Of a stretch of DNA of 64,000 bases, positions 33,672 to 42,602 are shown in pieces. The stretch lies in the NCBI GenBank assembly GCA_963822445.1, contig CAWGHO010000003.1:512001-576000 (forward strand), in the 5' to 3' direction. The first letter of the stretch is position 1. The number at the start of each line of letters is the position of its first letter. The notes under the pieces were generated by a model. It was not told the DNA's origin, ran no database searches, and saw nothing but the letters and a program-made list of their open reading frames with translations. A program made the position numbers and the translations under genes. This DNA is from an uncultured Acidobacteriota bacterium. GTDB lineage: Bacteria > Acidobacteriota > Thermoanaerobaculia > Gp7-AA8.

Positions 33672-33967
33672 GTGAAGATCGCCTCGTACTCGTAGGTCTC
33701 GGACGTCTCGGAGACCGGCACGAGGAAGACGTCCATCGCTTCGAGCGACTCGTGCGTGACGTGGTAGATCTGCTGCTTGAGCTGGAACGATTTCGGTCCG
33801 ATGAAGAAGAGTGAAAAGGGGTGCCGCTTCAGCCGCGCCTGCTCGCTCTCCATGACTTTCGCTCCGCGGACCAGGCGCAGCTCCACCTTCGCCCCATTCG
33901 GAAATTCCGCCCAGAAACTGCTTCCGATATGCGGTTCGAAGACTTCGAAAGTGAGCTGATCGAGCAT
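33668..33967 (-). CDS. DUF6916-like small protein (99 aa)
   Basis: Last 99 aa of ORF 33668..35488: MLDQLTFEVF..PFSLFF.GP..LKQQIY...H......FLVPV.....YEAIFT, the pattern of the small proteins that accompany tail-collar triplets. Confidence 0.8.
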   Translation of the reverse strand: MLDQLTFEVFEPHIGSSFWAEFPNGAKVELRLVRGAKVMESEQARLKRHPFSLFFIGPKSFQLKQQIYHVTHESLEAMDVFLVPVSETSETYEYEAIFT

Positions 33968-34000
33968 GCCGCTTTTTAACACAGGCGCTACGATTGATCC

Positions 34001-34978
34001 ATGTCGGCAGTGGAAGAGCGTCCGCCCGGATCCGAGTCGCCTTCGGAGGAACAGAAAACCGATCTCGGATTCGGCTCCGTCGTACCTCGCGAGACCCGCC
34101 GCCGCCTTCTCAACCGCGATGGCACCTTCAACGTCCGCCGTGAAGGCGGCCGCTTCTGGGAATCGCTCTCCGCCTATCACTACCTCCTGACCATCTCCTG
34201 GCCGAAGTTCCTCGGCTACGTCGTCGGCAGCTATCTCCTGGCCAACGCCATCTTCGCCGTCATCTACGTGCTGGCCGGTCCGCACGCGCTCACCGGCGTT
34301 CACGCGGAAACGGTGGGCGGACGCTTCGGCGAGGCCTTCTTCTTCAGCGTCCACACCCTGGCCACCATCGGCTACGGCACCATCGCTCCGGCCAATCTCG
34401 TGGCCAACATCATCGTCACGATGGAGACGCTGATCGGCCTCGTCGGCGTGGCCGTCGTCGCGGGGATTTCCTTCGCGCGCTTTTCCCGGCCGGTGGCCAA
34501 GCTGCTGTTCAGCCGCCACGCGGTCATCGCGCCGTACCGCGGTGGACGCGCGTTCATGTTCCGGATCGTCAACCAGCGCAGCAACCAGCTCGTCGACCTT
34601 CAGGCCACCGTGCTGCTCAACCGCCGCAAGCGCGACGCCGCCCATCCCAACGAGCGGGAGTTCATCCCGCTGAAGCTCGAGCGCGATCGCGTCGTCTTCT
34701 TTCCCCTGGCCTGGACCATCGTTCATCCGATCGACGGGGACAGCCCGCTGCGCGGCTGGCGCAGCGAGGATCTCGTCGAATGCGACGTCGAGTTCCTGAT
34801 CCTTCTCAACGGCTTCGAGGAGACGTTTTCCCAGACCGTGCATGCGCGCTCCTCGTACCGCGCGGACGAGATCGTCTGGGGCGCGCGCTTCGCGAGCATG
34901 TTCAATCCCACGGATGAGGACGGTGTCCTTAGCGTCGATATTCGGAAACTGCACGACATCGAGCGCGTTCCGGTGTAA
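34001..34978 (+). CDS. KirBac-type inward-rectifier potassium channel
   Basis: AFFFSVHTLATIGYG selectivity filter, FARFSRP, FSRHAVI, FMFRIVNQRSNQL, WTIVHPID.DSPL. Confidence 0.92.
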   Translation: MSAVEERPPGSESPSEEQKTDLGFGSVVPRETRRRLLNRDGTFNVRREGGRFWESLSAYHYLLTISWPKFLGYVVGSYLLANAIFAVIYVLAGPHALTGVHAETVGGRFGEAFFFSVHTLATIGYGTIAPANLVANIIVTMETLIGLVGVAVVAGISFARFSRPVAKLLFSRHAVIAPYRGGRAFMFRIVNQRSNQLVDLQATVLLNRRKRDAAHPNEREFIPLKLERDRVVFFPLAWTIVHPIDGDSPLRGWRSEDLVECDVEFLILLNGFEETFSQTVHARSSYRADEIVWGARFASMFNPTDEDGVLSVDIRKLHDIERVPV

Positions 34979-35000
34979 ACAGAAAACGACGGGAGCCGTC

Positions 35001-36836
35001 ATGTACACCATGCGAAGCACAGCCCTGATCCTCATAGCGACGCTCGCCTCGCCGCTTCCGGCGGCCGATTGCGTGGTCGGCGGCGCCGCCGTAGCGCCGC
35101 ATCTCGAACGGGAGCGCATCGAGCGCACCCTTTCCGCGAACGCGGAGATCGTCGCTTCCTCCTCCTCGAGACGGCGAGCGGTCGGCAAGCCCATCGGCGG
35201 GTATGCGTCTCTTCCGATCGCGAACTTCATCGACACGCACATCGCCGCGAAGATGATCAAGGACAACGTGCCGCCGACCGTGATCGCCGGCGACGAAGAG
35301 TTCCTTCGCCGCGTGTATCTCGATCTGACCGGCAACATTCCGACAGCGACCGAGGTGCAGTCGTTCGTGGCCGATACGGCCTCCGACAAGCGGGCCAAAA
35401 AAGTCGACGCGTTGCTGAAGTCAGACGCGTTCGTCGATCGCTGGACGATGTGGTTCGGCGATCTGGTGCAGAACGTCCAGATCTCCACGAACAGCCGCGA
35501 GTACTACATCGGCCGCAACCTCTATTACTCCTGGATCAAAGACTCGATCCGAGCGGACAAGCCGTACGACGCGATGGTTCGCGAGCTCCTGGCAGGGGAG
35601 GGCGACAACTTTGTCACCGGCGTCGCGAATTACGTCGTCCGCCAGTTGCAGCGCAATGGTCCGCCCCAGGACACACTCGACAACCTGGCCACCCATTCCA
35701 CCGAGAAGTTCCTGGGCATGCCCGTGCTCTGCATCTCCTGCCACAGCGGGGTCGCCCACCTCGAGCTGGTGAACTGGTATCTCCGCGGCAAGACCCGCGA
35801 GGACTTCTGGAAGACGGCCGCCTTCTTCTCGCGGACCACGCTTCGCGGCCAGCAGTACACCGATCCGCAGAATCCGAACCAGCAGATCATCAAGTTCAAC
35901 GTCGGCTACAACCCGGCCGGCGTGTACATGCTGAACACGACCGACGGCAACAAGTCGGCGCGGCAACCTGCCCCCGGGCAGCCCGCCACGGTCACTCCGG
36001 CCTTTCTCACAACCGGCGAGCAGCCACGCGCGGGCGAGACCTATCGCGTCGCCTACGGCCGCATGCTCACCGCCGACCGCCAGTTCGCACGCGCCACCGC
36101 CAACTATCTCTGGAAGGAGATGTTCGGCCTGGCCATCGTCGAGCCGGTGGCGTCGTTCGACCTGGCCAAGCTCAACGAACAGGCCACGCATCCCGAGCTC
36201 CTCGAAGCGCTGACCGACGAAGTGATCGCGAAGAACTACAGCCTGCGCGAGGTCCTGCGCACGATCGCGATGTCCAACACCTATCAGCTCTCCGCGCGCT
36301 ACACACCGACCGCGTGGGCCGAGACCTGGGTCCCGTATTTCGCGAGGCGTTACCCGCGGCGGATGTCGGCGGAAGTGTTGTTCGATGCCGTCGCGACCGC
36401 GACGAATGTCCCCGGCAACTTCCAGGTCCAGGGTCTGACGCCGGTGACGAAAGCGATGCAGCTGCCTGATCCGCTCGAAGGCGGACGCCGCACACCCACG
36501 GCCCTTTTCCTCAACAGCTTCGGTCGCGGCGACCGCGATGACGTCGGCCGCACCAACGACAGCGCGATCTCCCAGGCCCTCGCGCTGATGAACGACGCCA
36601 CGGTGACGACGCGCGTCAAGCGCGCAACGCGCAACTCGACGGTCGAGCGCGTGCTCGCGTCGACGAGCGATCCCGGCGCGATCACCGACCAGCTCTACCT
36701 CGCGACGCTGTCGCGCAAACCGACCGCGGAGGAGCGTCAGGCCGCGATCGATTTCCTGCGGGAAGGACCGCTCGCCGAGCGGACCGAGGACCTGCAGTTC
36801 GTGCTGCTCAACACTCTGGAGTTCATCTTCCAATGA
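35001..36836 (+). CDS. DUF1549/DUF1553 (PSD1-type) exported protein with one CxxCH
   Basis: NFIDTHI, DEEFLRRVYLDLTG.IPT, KPYD.MVRELL, CISCH, THPELLEAL, SNTYQLS, RRMSAEVLFDA, QALALMN, LYLATLSRKPT. Start 35001 or 35010. Confidence 0.88.
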   Translation: MYTMRSTALILIATLASPLPAADCVVGGAAVAPHLERERIERTLSANAEIVASSSSRRRAVGKPIGGYASLPIANFIDTHIAAKMIKDNVPPTVIAGDEEFLRRVYLDLTGNIPTATEVQSFVADTASDKRAKKVDALLKSDAFVDRWTMWFGDLVQNVQISTNSREYYIGRNLYYSWIKDSIRADKPYDAMVRELLAGEGDNFVTGVANYVVRQLQRNGPPQDTLDNLATHSTEKFLGMPVLCISCHSGVAHLELVNWYLRGKTREDFWKTAAFFSRTTLRGQQYTDPQNPNQQIIKFNVGYNPAGVYMLNTTDGNKSARQPAPGQPATVTPAFLTTGEQPRAGETYRVAYGRMLTADRQFARATANYLWKEMFGLAIVEPVASFDLAKLNEQATHPELLEALTDEVIAKNYSLREVLRTIAMSNTYQLSARYTPTAWAETWVPYFARRYPRRMSAEVLFDAVATATNVPGNFQVQGLTPVTKAMQLPDPLEGGRRTPTALFLNSFGRGDRDDVGRTNDSAISQALALMNDATVTTRVKRATRNSTVERVLASTSDPGAITDQLYLATLSRKPTAEERQAAIDFLREGPLAERTEDLQFVLLNTLEFIFQ

Positions 36837-38206
36837 AATGCAAATGCACACCGGGCGGCCAGCAGTTCCCCTTGCACGGTGAAGGCTTCTCGCGCAGGAA
36901 CTTCCTGCGCGTGGCCGGCACCAGCCTCGTGGCGTCGTACTTTGCGGACGTTCTCGATCCGCGGCTGCTGCTCGCGCAGACCTCGACGGCGAAGGTTCCT
37001 CTGCTCAACACCGCGAAGAGCGTGATCTTCATCTTCCTGCAGGGCGCGCCCAGCCAGGTCGACATGTGGGACCTGAAGGAAGGCGCGTGGACGCCCACCG
37101 ACTTCGCGCCGACTTCCTACGGCAGCGTGCGCTGGCCGCAGGGCGTCCTCCCGAAAACGGCGGAGCATCTCTCGAAGCTGACCATCGTCCGCTGCGGCCT
37201 GGCCTGGGCGGCCGTGCACCAGCTCGCGCAGAGCTGGGTCCAAATCACCCGCAACCCCGGCGGAGCCACCGGCGCGATCGCGCCGCACATGGGCGCCGTC
37301 GTCTCACTGGAAACGCAGGCCTCCCGCGCCATCACCGACATCCTCCCGGGCTTCATCGCCCTCAACTCCGGCGCGATCCCGACCTCCGGCTATCTGCCGG
37401 CGAAGTACGCGCCGTTCGGCGTGCAGACGAACGCCACCGGCCTGTCCACGCTTTCGCATCCCGACGGCGCGGCGCGCTTCGATCGCCGCTGGGATTTCCT
37501 CCACCGGCTCGACACCGCGCGCAGCACCGGCGCGCTCGCCAAGCCGTCAATGGACATGAACGATTTCTACGATCAGTCGAAGGCGCTCATGGAGTCGCCG
37601 GGGATCAACGAGCTGTTCTCGTTCAGCGAGACCGAGCGCACCCGCTACGGCTCGTCGACGTTCGGCGATTCGTTGATCGTCGCCCGCAACCTCGTCGCCG
37701 CCAAGAAGGGCACCCGTTTCGTCCAGACCACCCTCGGCGGCTGGGACCACCACTCCGACATCTACGACCGCAACGCCGCGCAGTCGATCTACGCGCAGTG
37801 CGCGGACTTCGACGAAGCCTTTGCCGCGCTGCTCACCGACCTGACCACCATGAATCTCCTCGACGAGACCCTCGTCGTCGTCCTCGGCGAATTCGGACGT
37901 ACGGTCGGCCCGCTCAACAATCAGGGTGGCCGCGATCACTACCTCCGCAACTCAATCGTCTTCGCCGGCGGCGGCACGACGGGCGGCCGCGTGATCGGCA
38001 AGACCGACACGCAGGGCGACAAGGTCCTCGAATACCAGTGGGCGGCGAATCGCGACGTGCGCACCGAGGATGTGACGTCGACGATCTACTCCACGCTGGG
38101 GATCGACTACACGACCGTTCGCAACGACGATCCCCTGGGCCGTGGATTCGAGTACGTGCCCTTCGCCAAGGAAGGCCTCTACCAGCCGATCGCAGAGCTG
38201 TTCTAG
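36833..38206 (+). CDS. DUF1501 family Tat-exported protein
   Basis: SRRNFL Tat motif; AKSVIFIFLQGAPSQVDMWDLK, GGWDHH, LLDETLVVVLGEFGRT, GRDH; ATGA coupling to upstream gene. Confidence 0.9.
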   Translation: MKCKCTPGGQQFPLHGEGFSRRNFLRVAGTSLVASYFADVLDPRLLLAQTSTAKVPLLNTAKSVIFIFLQGAPSQVDMWDLKEGAWTPTDFAPTSYGSVRWPQGVLPKTAEHLSKLTIVRCGLAWAAVHQLAQSWVQITRNPGGATGAIAPHMGAVVSLETQASRAITDILPGFIALNSGAIPTSGYLPAKYAPFGVQTNATGLSTLSHPDGAARFDRRWDFLHRLDTARSTGALAKPSMDMNDFYDQSKALMESPGINELFSFSETERTRYGSSTFGDSLIVARNLVAAKKGTRFVQTTLGGWDHHSDIYDRNAAQSIYAQCADFDEAFAALLTDLTTMNLLDETLVVVLGEFGRTVGPLNNQGGRDHYLRNSIVFAGGGTTGGRVIGKTDTQGDKVLEYQWAANRDVRTEDVTSTIYSTLGIDYTTVRNDDPLGRGFEYVPFAKEGLYQPIAELF

Positions 38207-38208
38207 CC

Positions 38209-38254
38209 GGAGCGCCGGCGTCCGCGCCGGCTGGTGCGCCGGCGTCCCGCCGGC
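38209..38254. repeat. Two tandem REP-like palindromic units
   Basis: GGAGCGCCGGCGTCCGCGCCGGC and GGTGCGCCGGCGTCCCGCCGGC, each folding on GCCGGCG/CGCCGGC. Confidence 0.6.
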
Positions 38255-38280
38255 ACCGCCCTGCTAAACTTCTCCCAACC

Positions 38281-39192
38281 ATGCAGGTCATCCTCTCGGG
38301 GAGCCTCCGGCACTTTCCGCCGGCCGAGCTCCTCACCTTTCTCTCTTCACGGGGTATGAGCGGGACGCTCGACTTCGAGACGGCGGGCAGGCGGACGCGG
38401 GTCTTTTTTCAGAACGACCGGATCGTCTGGGCGGAGTCGAACAAGACGACCGACGTCGCCGAGGCCGTTCTCGACGCGTTCGAATGGCCTTCCGGAACGT
38501 TCACCCTTCTCGATTCCACGGCCTTGCCGGATGGGGTAGCCGCGGTTTCGATCGAGCTGGCGACGCTCGTCGCCGAGGCGACGAAACGCGCCGCGGCGGT
38601 CTCGCCTTACCAAGATGCGGCGATGTTCCGCGTCGTCGAGAACCCGCTGCAACAGCAACTGAGCATCACGGCCGACGATCTGAAGATGCTCTTCCGCCTC
38701 TCGTCGCCGAAGTCTTTCAAGGATCTCGTCGCTGAAGTGGGCCTGCCGCCGAAAGAGCTCGGCGAGCGCCTCAAGAAGCTCGAAGATGCGGGACTGGTTC
38801 ATCACAACGATCCCGACAAAACCGATCCGGCCCTGAAGCCCGGCAGAAAGCGGACGCTCGTCGGATCGCTCACACCTGACGGAGCAGTGGACAACGTCTT
38901 CCCGCTGCTCGACGCCGAACAGACCATCGGCCGCGTCCCCACGAACAACATCGCCCTTCCCGACGCGAGCATCTCCTCGACCCACGCCCGCATCAGCCGC
39001 ACGCCGGAAGGCTTCTTCATCGAAGACCTCCAGAGCCGCAACGGCACGTTCGTGAACGGCGAGAAAGTCGACTCGAAACGCCTCCTCACCGACGGAGACC
39101 TGATCCGCCTCGGCAAGGTCATCATGACCTTCAACGTGGCCCGGGAAGGGAAGGCTGGCGAAACGACGCAGCCGGAGGTGAGGGTGGTGTGA
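38281..39192 (+). CDS. DUF4388-like N-terminal domain + FHA domain protein (303 aa)
   Basis: LSGSLRHFPPAELLTFL...SGTL...VFFQNDRIVWA...FEWPSGTF; FHA IGR..SISSTHARI..DLQSRNGTFVNG. Confidence 0.88.
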   Translation: MQVILSGSLRHFPPAELLTFLSSRGMSGTLDFETAGRRTRVFFQNDRIVWAESNKTTDVAEAVLDAFEWPSGTFTLLDSTALPDGVAAVSIELATLVAEATKRAAAVSPYQDAAMFRVVENPLQQQLSITADDLKMLFRLSSPKSFKDLVAEVGLPPKELGERLKKLEDAGLVHHNDPDKTDPALKPGRKRTLVGSLTPDGAVDNVFPLLDAEQTIGRVPTNNIALPDASISSTHARISRTPEGFFIEDLQSRNGTFVNGEKVDSKRLLTDGDLIRLGKVIMTFNVAREGKAGETTQPEVRVV

Positions 39193-39277
39193 GGTTTCGA
39201 GGTTACGAGGTTACGGGGTTCCGAGGAGGAACCCGGTTTTCGACCTCGCAACCCCGTAACCCCGCAACCCCGGAACC
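39191..39277. repeat. Inverted pair of 8-nt tandem arrays filling the intergenic gap
   Basis: GAGGTTTC GAGGTTAC GAGGTTAC GGGGTTCC ... CCTCGCAA CCCCGTAA CCCCGCAA CCCCGGAA CC-ATG. Confidence 0.8.
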
Positions 39278-41651
39278 ATGACCTACGCGCTCGCCATCGT
39301 CGGCTCCGGCCCGGCCGGTCTCGCCACGGCATCCCATGCACACGACAACGGGTTGTCGTACGTTCTCCTCGAGCGCACCGATCATCTCGCCGACACGATC
39401 TACAGCTACCAGGCGCGCAAGTTCGTCATGGCCGAGCCGGTGATGATTCCCGCGCGCGGCGATCTGCCCTTTCAGGCCGGCTCGCGCGAATCGATCCTCG
39501 GCGCATTCGCCGAGCACGCGGATGGCAAGAAGCTGAACATCGCCTTCAGCGCCGACGTGAAGTCGCTCAAGCGCGAAGGCGACGCGTTCACGATCAAGAC
39601 CGCGGCGGGGGAGAGCTATCAGGCAAAGAGCGTCGTCCTGGCCATGGGCACGCAAGGCAATCCACGGCGGCTCGGCGTGCCGGGCGACGATCTGGCGCAC
39701 GTCCTCTACCGCCTCGTCGATCCCGCCGAGCATCAGGACCAGGACATCCTCGTCGTCGGCGCCGGCGACTCCGCGCTCGAAATCGCCATTGCCCTCTCCG
39801 ACGAAAATCGCGTAGGCCTGATCGTGCGCGGACCGGAGATCACCCGCGCCAACGAGATCCTCACTCGCGAAGTGCTCTCGCGGCAGGCCGCGGGGCGCAT
39901 CACCATCTACTTCAACGCCAGCGTCAAGGAAGTCTTCGACGGTTACGCCGATCTCAACGTTCGCGGCGACGTCACGCGCGTCCCCGCGGAGCTGATCTTC
40001 CTCAAACTCGGCGCGGATCCCCCGCGCAAATTCTTCGACGCCTGTGGCATCCGCTTCACCGGCGAAGGCAAAGACGCGCGGCCGGTGCTCAGCCCCGTCT
40101 ACGAATCGAGCGTGCCCGGTCTCTTCCTGATCGGTGCCGCCAGCGGTCGCGATCTCATCAAGCTCGGCATGAACCAGGGCTGGGAAGTGGTCGAGCATCT
40201 GATGGGCCGCGAGGTCGAGCCCGCGGACGAAGCGGTGCTGCGGGAACGCCTGCCGTTCTGGGAAGGCTCGGTCCGCGAACGGATCGCCGCGTTGCGCACG
40301 CGCATTCCGCTGCTCGCCGCGGCTGACGAGCAGCAGCTACGCGAAACCTTCCTCGCCACGCGCGTCCGCGAGTATCGCGACGGCGAAACGATCATTCAGC
40401 AGAACGACTACACCAACGACTTCCTGATTATCGCCGGCGGCCGCGTCGAGCTCTGGCGCCGTCCGGAGCAGTCCTCACAGGAAGTGAAGATCGCCGAGCT
40501 CACCGCGGGCAATTTCTTCGGGGAGATGAGCCTCATCTCCGGCCGCCGCCGCACCGCGACAGCGAAAGCGGTGGGCGTGACGCGCATGCTGGAGATCCCC
40601 CGCAAGGCGATCCTGAAACTGCTCGCGAACGCGCCACGCGCCAAGGCACTCGTCGATCAGGCCTTCCTCCTCCGCGCGTTCGGCGGCTATCTCTTCCCCG
40701 GCGTCACCGAAGCCCTTCTCGGCGAGCTGGTCGCCAAAGCCGTCGTGCAGAACTTCGGCAAGGACTCGGAGGTCTTCCGCCAGGGCGACAAGGCCGATGC
40801 CTTCTACCTGATCCGGAACGGGATGGTGAAGATCTCCAAGAAGTCCGGCGACAAGGAGGTCGTGCTCTCGTACCTCGTGGCCGGCAACTTCTTCGGCGAG
40901 GCCGCGCTCTTTTCCGACGCCGGGCGCACCGCGACGGTCACCACGATCTTTCCCTCGGACCTGATCAAGCTCTCCAAGCGCGACTTCGACAACTTCCTGG
41001 CAGCGCATCCCGATCTGCGCGAAGCGCCGCTGCGCAAGCTCGAAGAGCGCCGCATCGCCGGGATTGATCGCCGAGGCCACGCCGGGGTCGGGCAACATCC
41101 TCGGCGACCTCATTCGCGAAGAAGTGGTCATGGGCACGCAGACCCTGATCATCGACGAGCACAAATGCATCCGCTGCGGCAATTGCGTGAGCGCGTGCGA
41201 AGGCGTGCACGACGACGGACAGGCCCGGCTCTCGCTGACCGGCATCAAGTTCTACAACCTCCTCGCGCCCAACTCCTGCTGGCAGTGCGAGAACCCGTTG
41301 TGCATGCTCGACTGTCCGCCCGACGCCATCTCCCGCGATCCCCGCGGCGAGGTTTACATCAAGTCCAACTGCATCGGCTGCGGCAACTGCGAGCGCAACT
41401 GCCCGTACGGCAACATCTTCATGGTTCACAAAGAGCCGTCGTTTTCTCTGTTCGGATGGATCAAATCCATCTTCACGAAGGCGAAGGAAGAAGTCGAACA
41501 GACCGTGGCCGTGAAGTGCGATCTGTGCCGCGGAATCAGCGGCGGCCCCGCGTGCGTGCGCGGGTGTCCGACCGGCGCCGCGATCCGGCTCACGCCAGAG
41601 CAATATCGGGAAACCCTCGAAGAACTGGTGATCTCGAGAGGGGAGCGCTGA
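39278..41651 (+). CDS. TrxB-like FAD/NAD(P) oxidoreductase - 2x cNMP-binding - 4x[4Fe-4S] ferredoxin fusion (~790 aa), one +1 frameshift at ~41062
   Basis: GSGPAG, VVGAGDSA, ESSVPGLFLIG; FFGEMSL..RRTATA and FFGEAAL..RTATV; CIRCGNCVSAC, CWQCENPLCMLDCP, CIGCGNCERNCP, CDLC..PACVRGCP. Removing one G from GCCGGGATTG joins ORFs 39278 and 41064. Confidence 0.88.
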
Positions 41652-41744
41652 AATGCAGAATGCAGAATGCAGAATGCAGAAAGGTGAGTGGACTCCGCTG
41701 TCACGACCTGCTCTTTCTGCATTCTGCATTCTGCATTCTGCATT
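41652..41744. repeat. Inverted pair of heptamer arrays (AATGCAG)x4 / (CTGCATT)x4
   Basis: Perfect 32-bp inverted repeat including AAAG/CTTT, immediately after the stop at 41651. Confidence 0.9.
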
Positions 41745-41768
41745 CCGCGCGGCCGCCCAGAGGCGGCG

Positions 41769-42602
41769 ATGGCTCTAGCGCGATCCGGCGCGCTCTGGCG
41801 CCGCATTTTCGTCCTGCTTCTGATCGCGACGGTCGCGACCTTCTTCTACTACGCGCGCAACGAGTTTCCGCACGGCGGATCGCGCATCGGGCTGCTCTAC
41901 GGAACGATCGGCTTCGCGCTGATTCTCCTGCTGTCCTTCTTCGGTATCCGCAAGCGCTGGTATCGCTCGACGTTCGGAACGCTCGAGCAATGGATGCAGT
42001 CCCACATCTGGCTGGGCGTGCTGGTGCTGATCATCCTGTTCTTTCACACCGGCGGGCGGTTCGAGGACAAGGTGGCCGTGGGCACGCTGATTCTCGTCGC
42101 CATCGTCGTGGCCAGCGGGGTCGTCGGCGCGATTCTGTACGTCACCGTTCCGCGGCTGCTCACTGAAGTGGAGAGCAACCTCACCGTCGACGAGATCGCC
42201 GATCAGCTCAACCAGCTCGCCAAGTCGATGGCTCGCATCGCCTCGGCCCGCTCCGCGCCCTTCCAGCGGATTCACGACGAACTGGCGAAGCAGGCCAACC
42301 CCGGTGTGCTCGCGGGATGGCGGTTGATCCTGTCGCGTCTCGGCCGCAAGAAGCAGAAGGACGCCTCCGACTGGACGCGGCTGATCGCGATTGTGCCGAA
42401 AGAGGAGCAGGACGAACTGCGCCAGATGCTGGTGCTCTCGCGTCAGCGACGCGAGTTGATGCTGCGCCTGATCTTCCAGCAGCGCTACAAGAACGTCCTC
42501 GAAGCCTGGCTGTACATCCACATCCCGTTCACTGTCGCCGTACTGGTCTTCTCGATCGTGCACATCGTCGCGGTCTTCTACTACGGGCGGGTGACCTGGT
42601 GA
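41769..42602 (+). CDS. Multi-pass membrane protein with four membrane His (putative di-heme b, ferric-reductase-like)
   Basis: ~5 hydrophobic segments; WMQSHIWLG, FFHTG, WLYIHIPF, IVHIV. Confidence 0.75.
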   Translation: MALARSGALWRRIFVLLLIATVATFFYYARNEFPHGGSRIGLLYGTIGFALILLLSFFGIRKRWYRSTFGTLEQWMQSHIWLGVLVLIILFFHTGGRFEDKVAVGTLILVAIVVASGVVGAILYVTVPRLLTEVESNLTVDEIADQLNQLAKSMARIASARSAPFQRIHDELAKQANPGVLAGWRLILSRLGRKKQKDASDWTRLIAIVPKEEQDELRQMLVLSRQRRELMLRLIFQQRYKNVLEAWLYIHIPFTVAVLVFSIVHIVAVFYYGRVTW

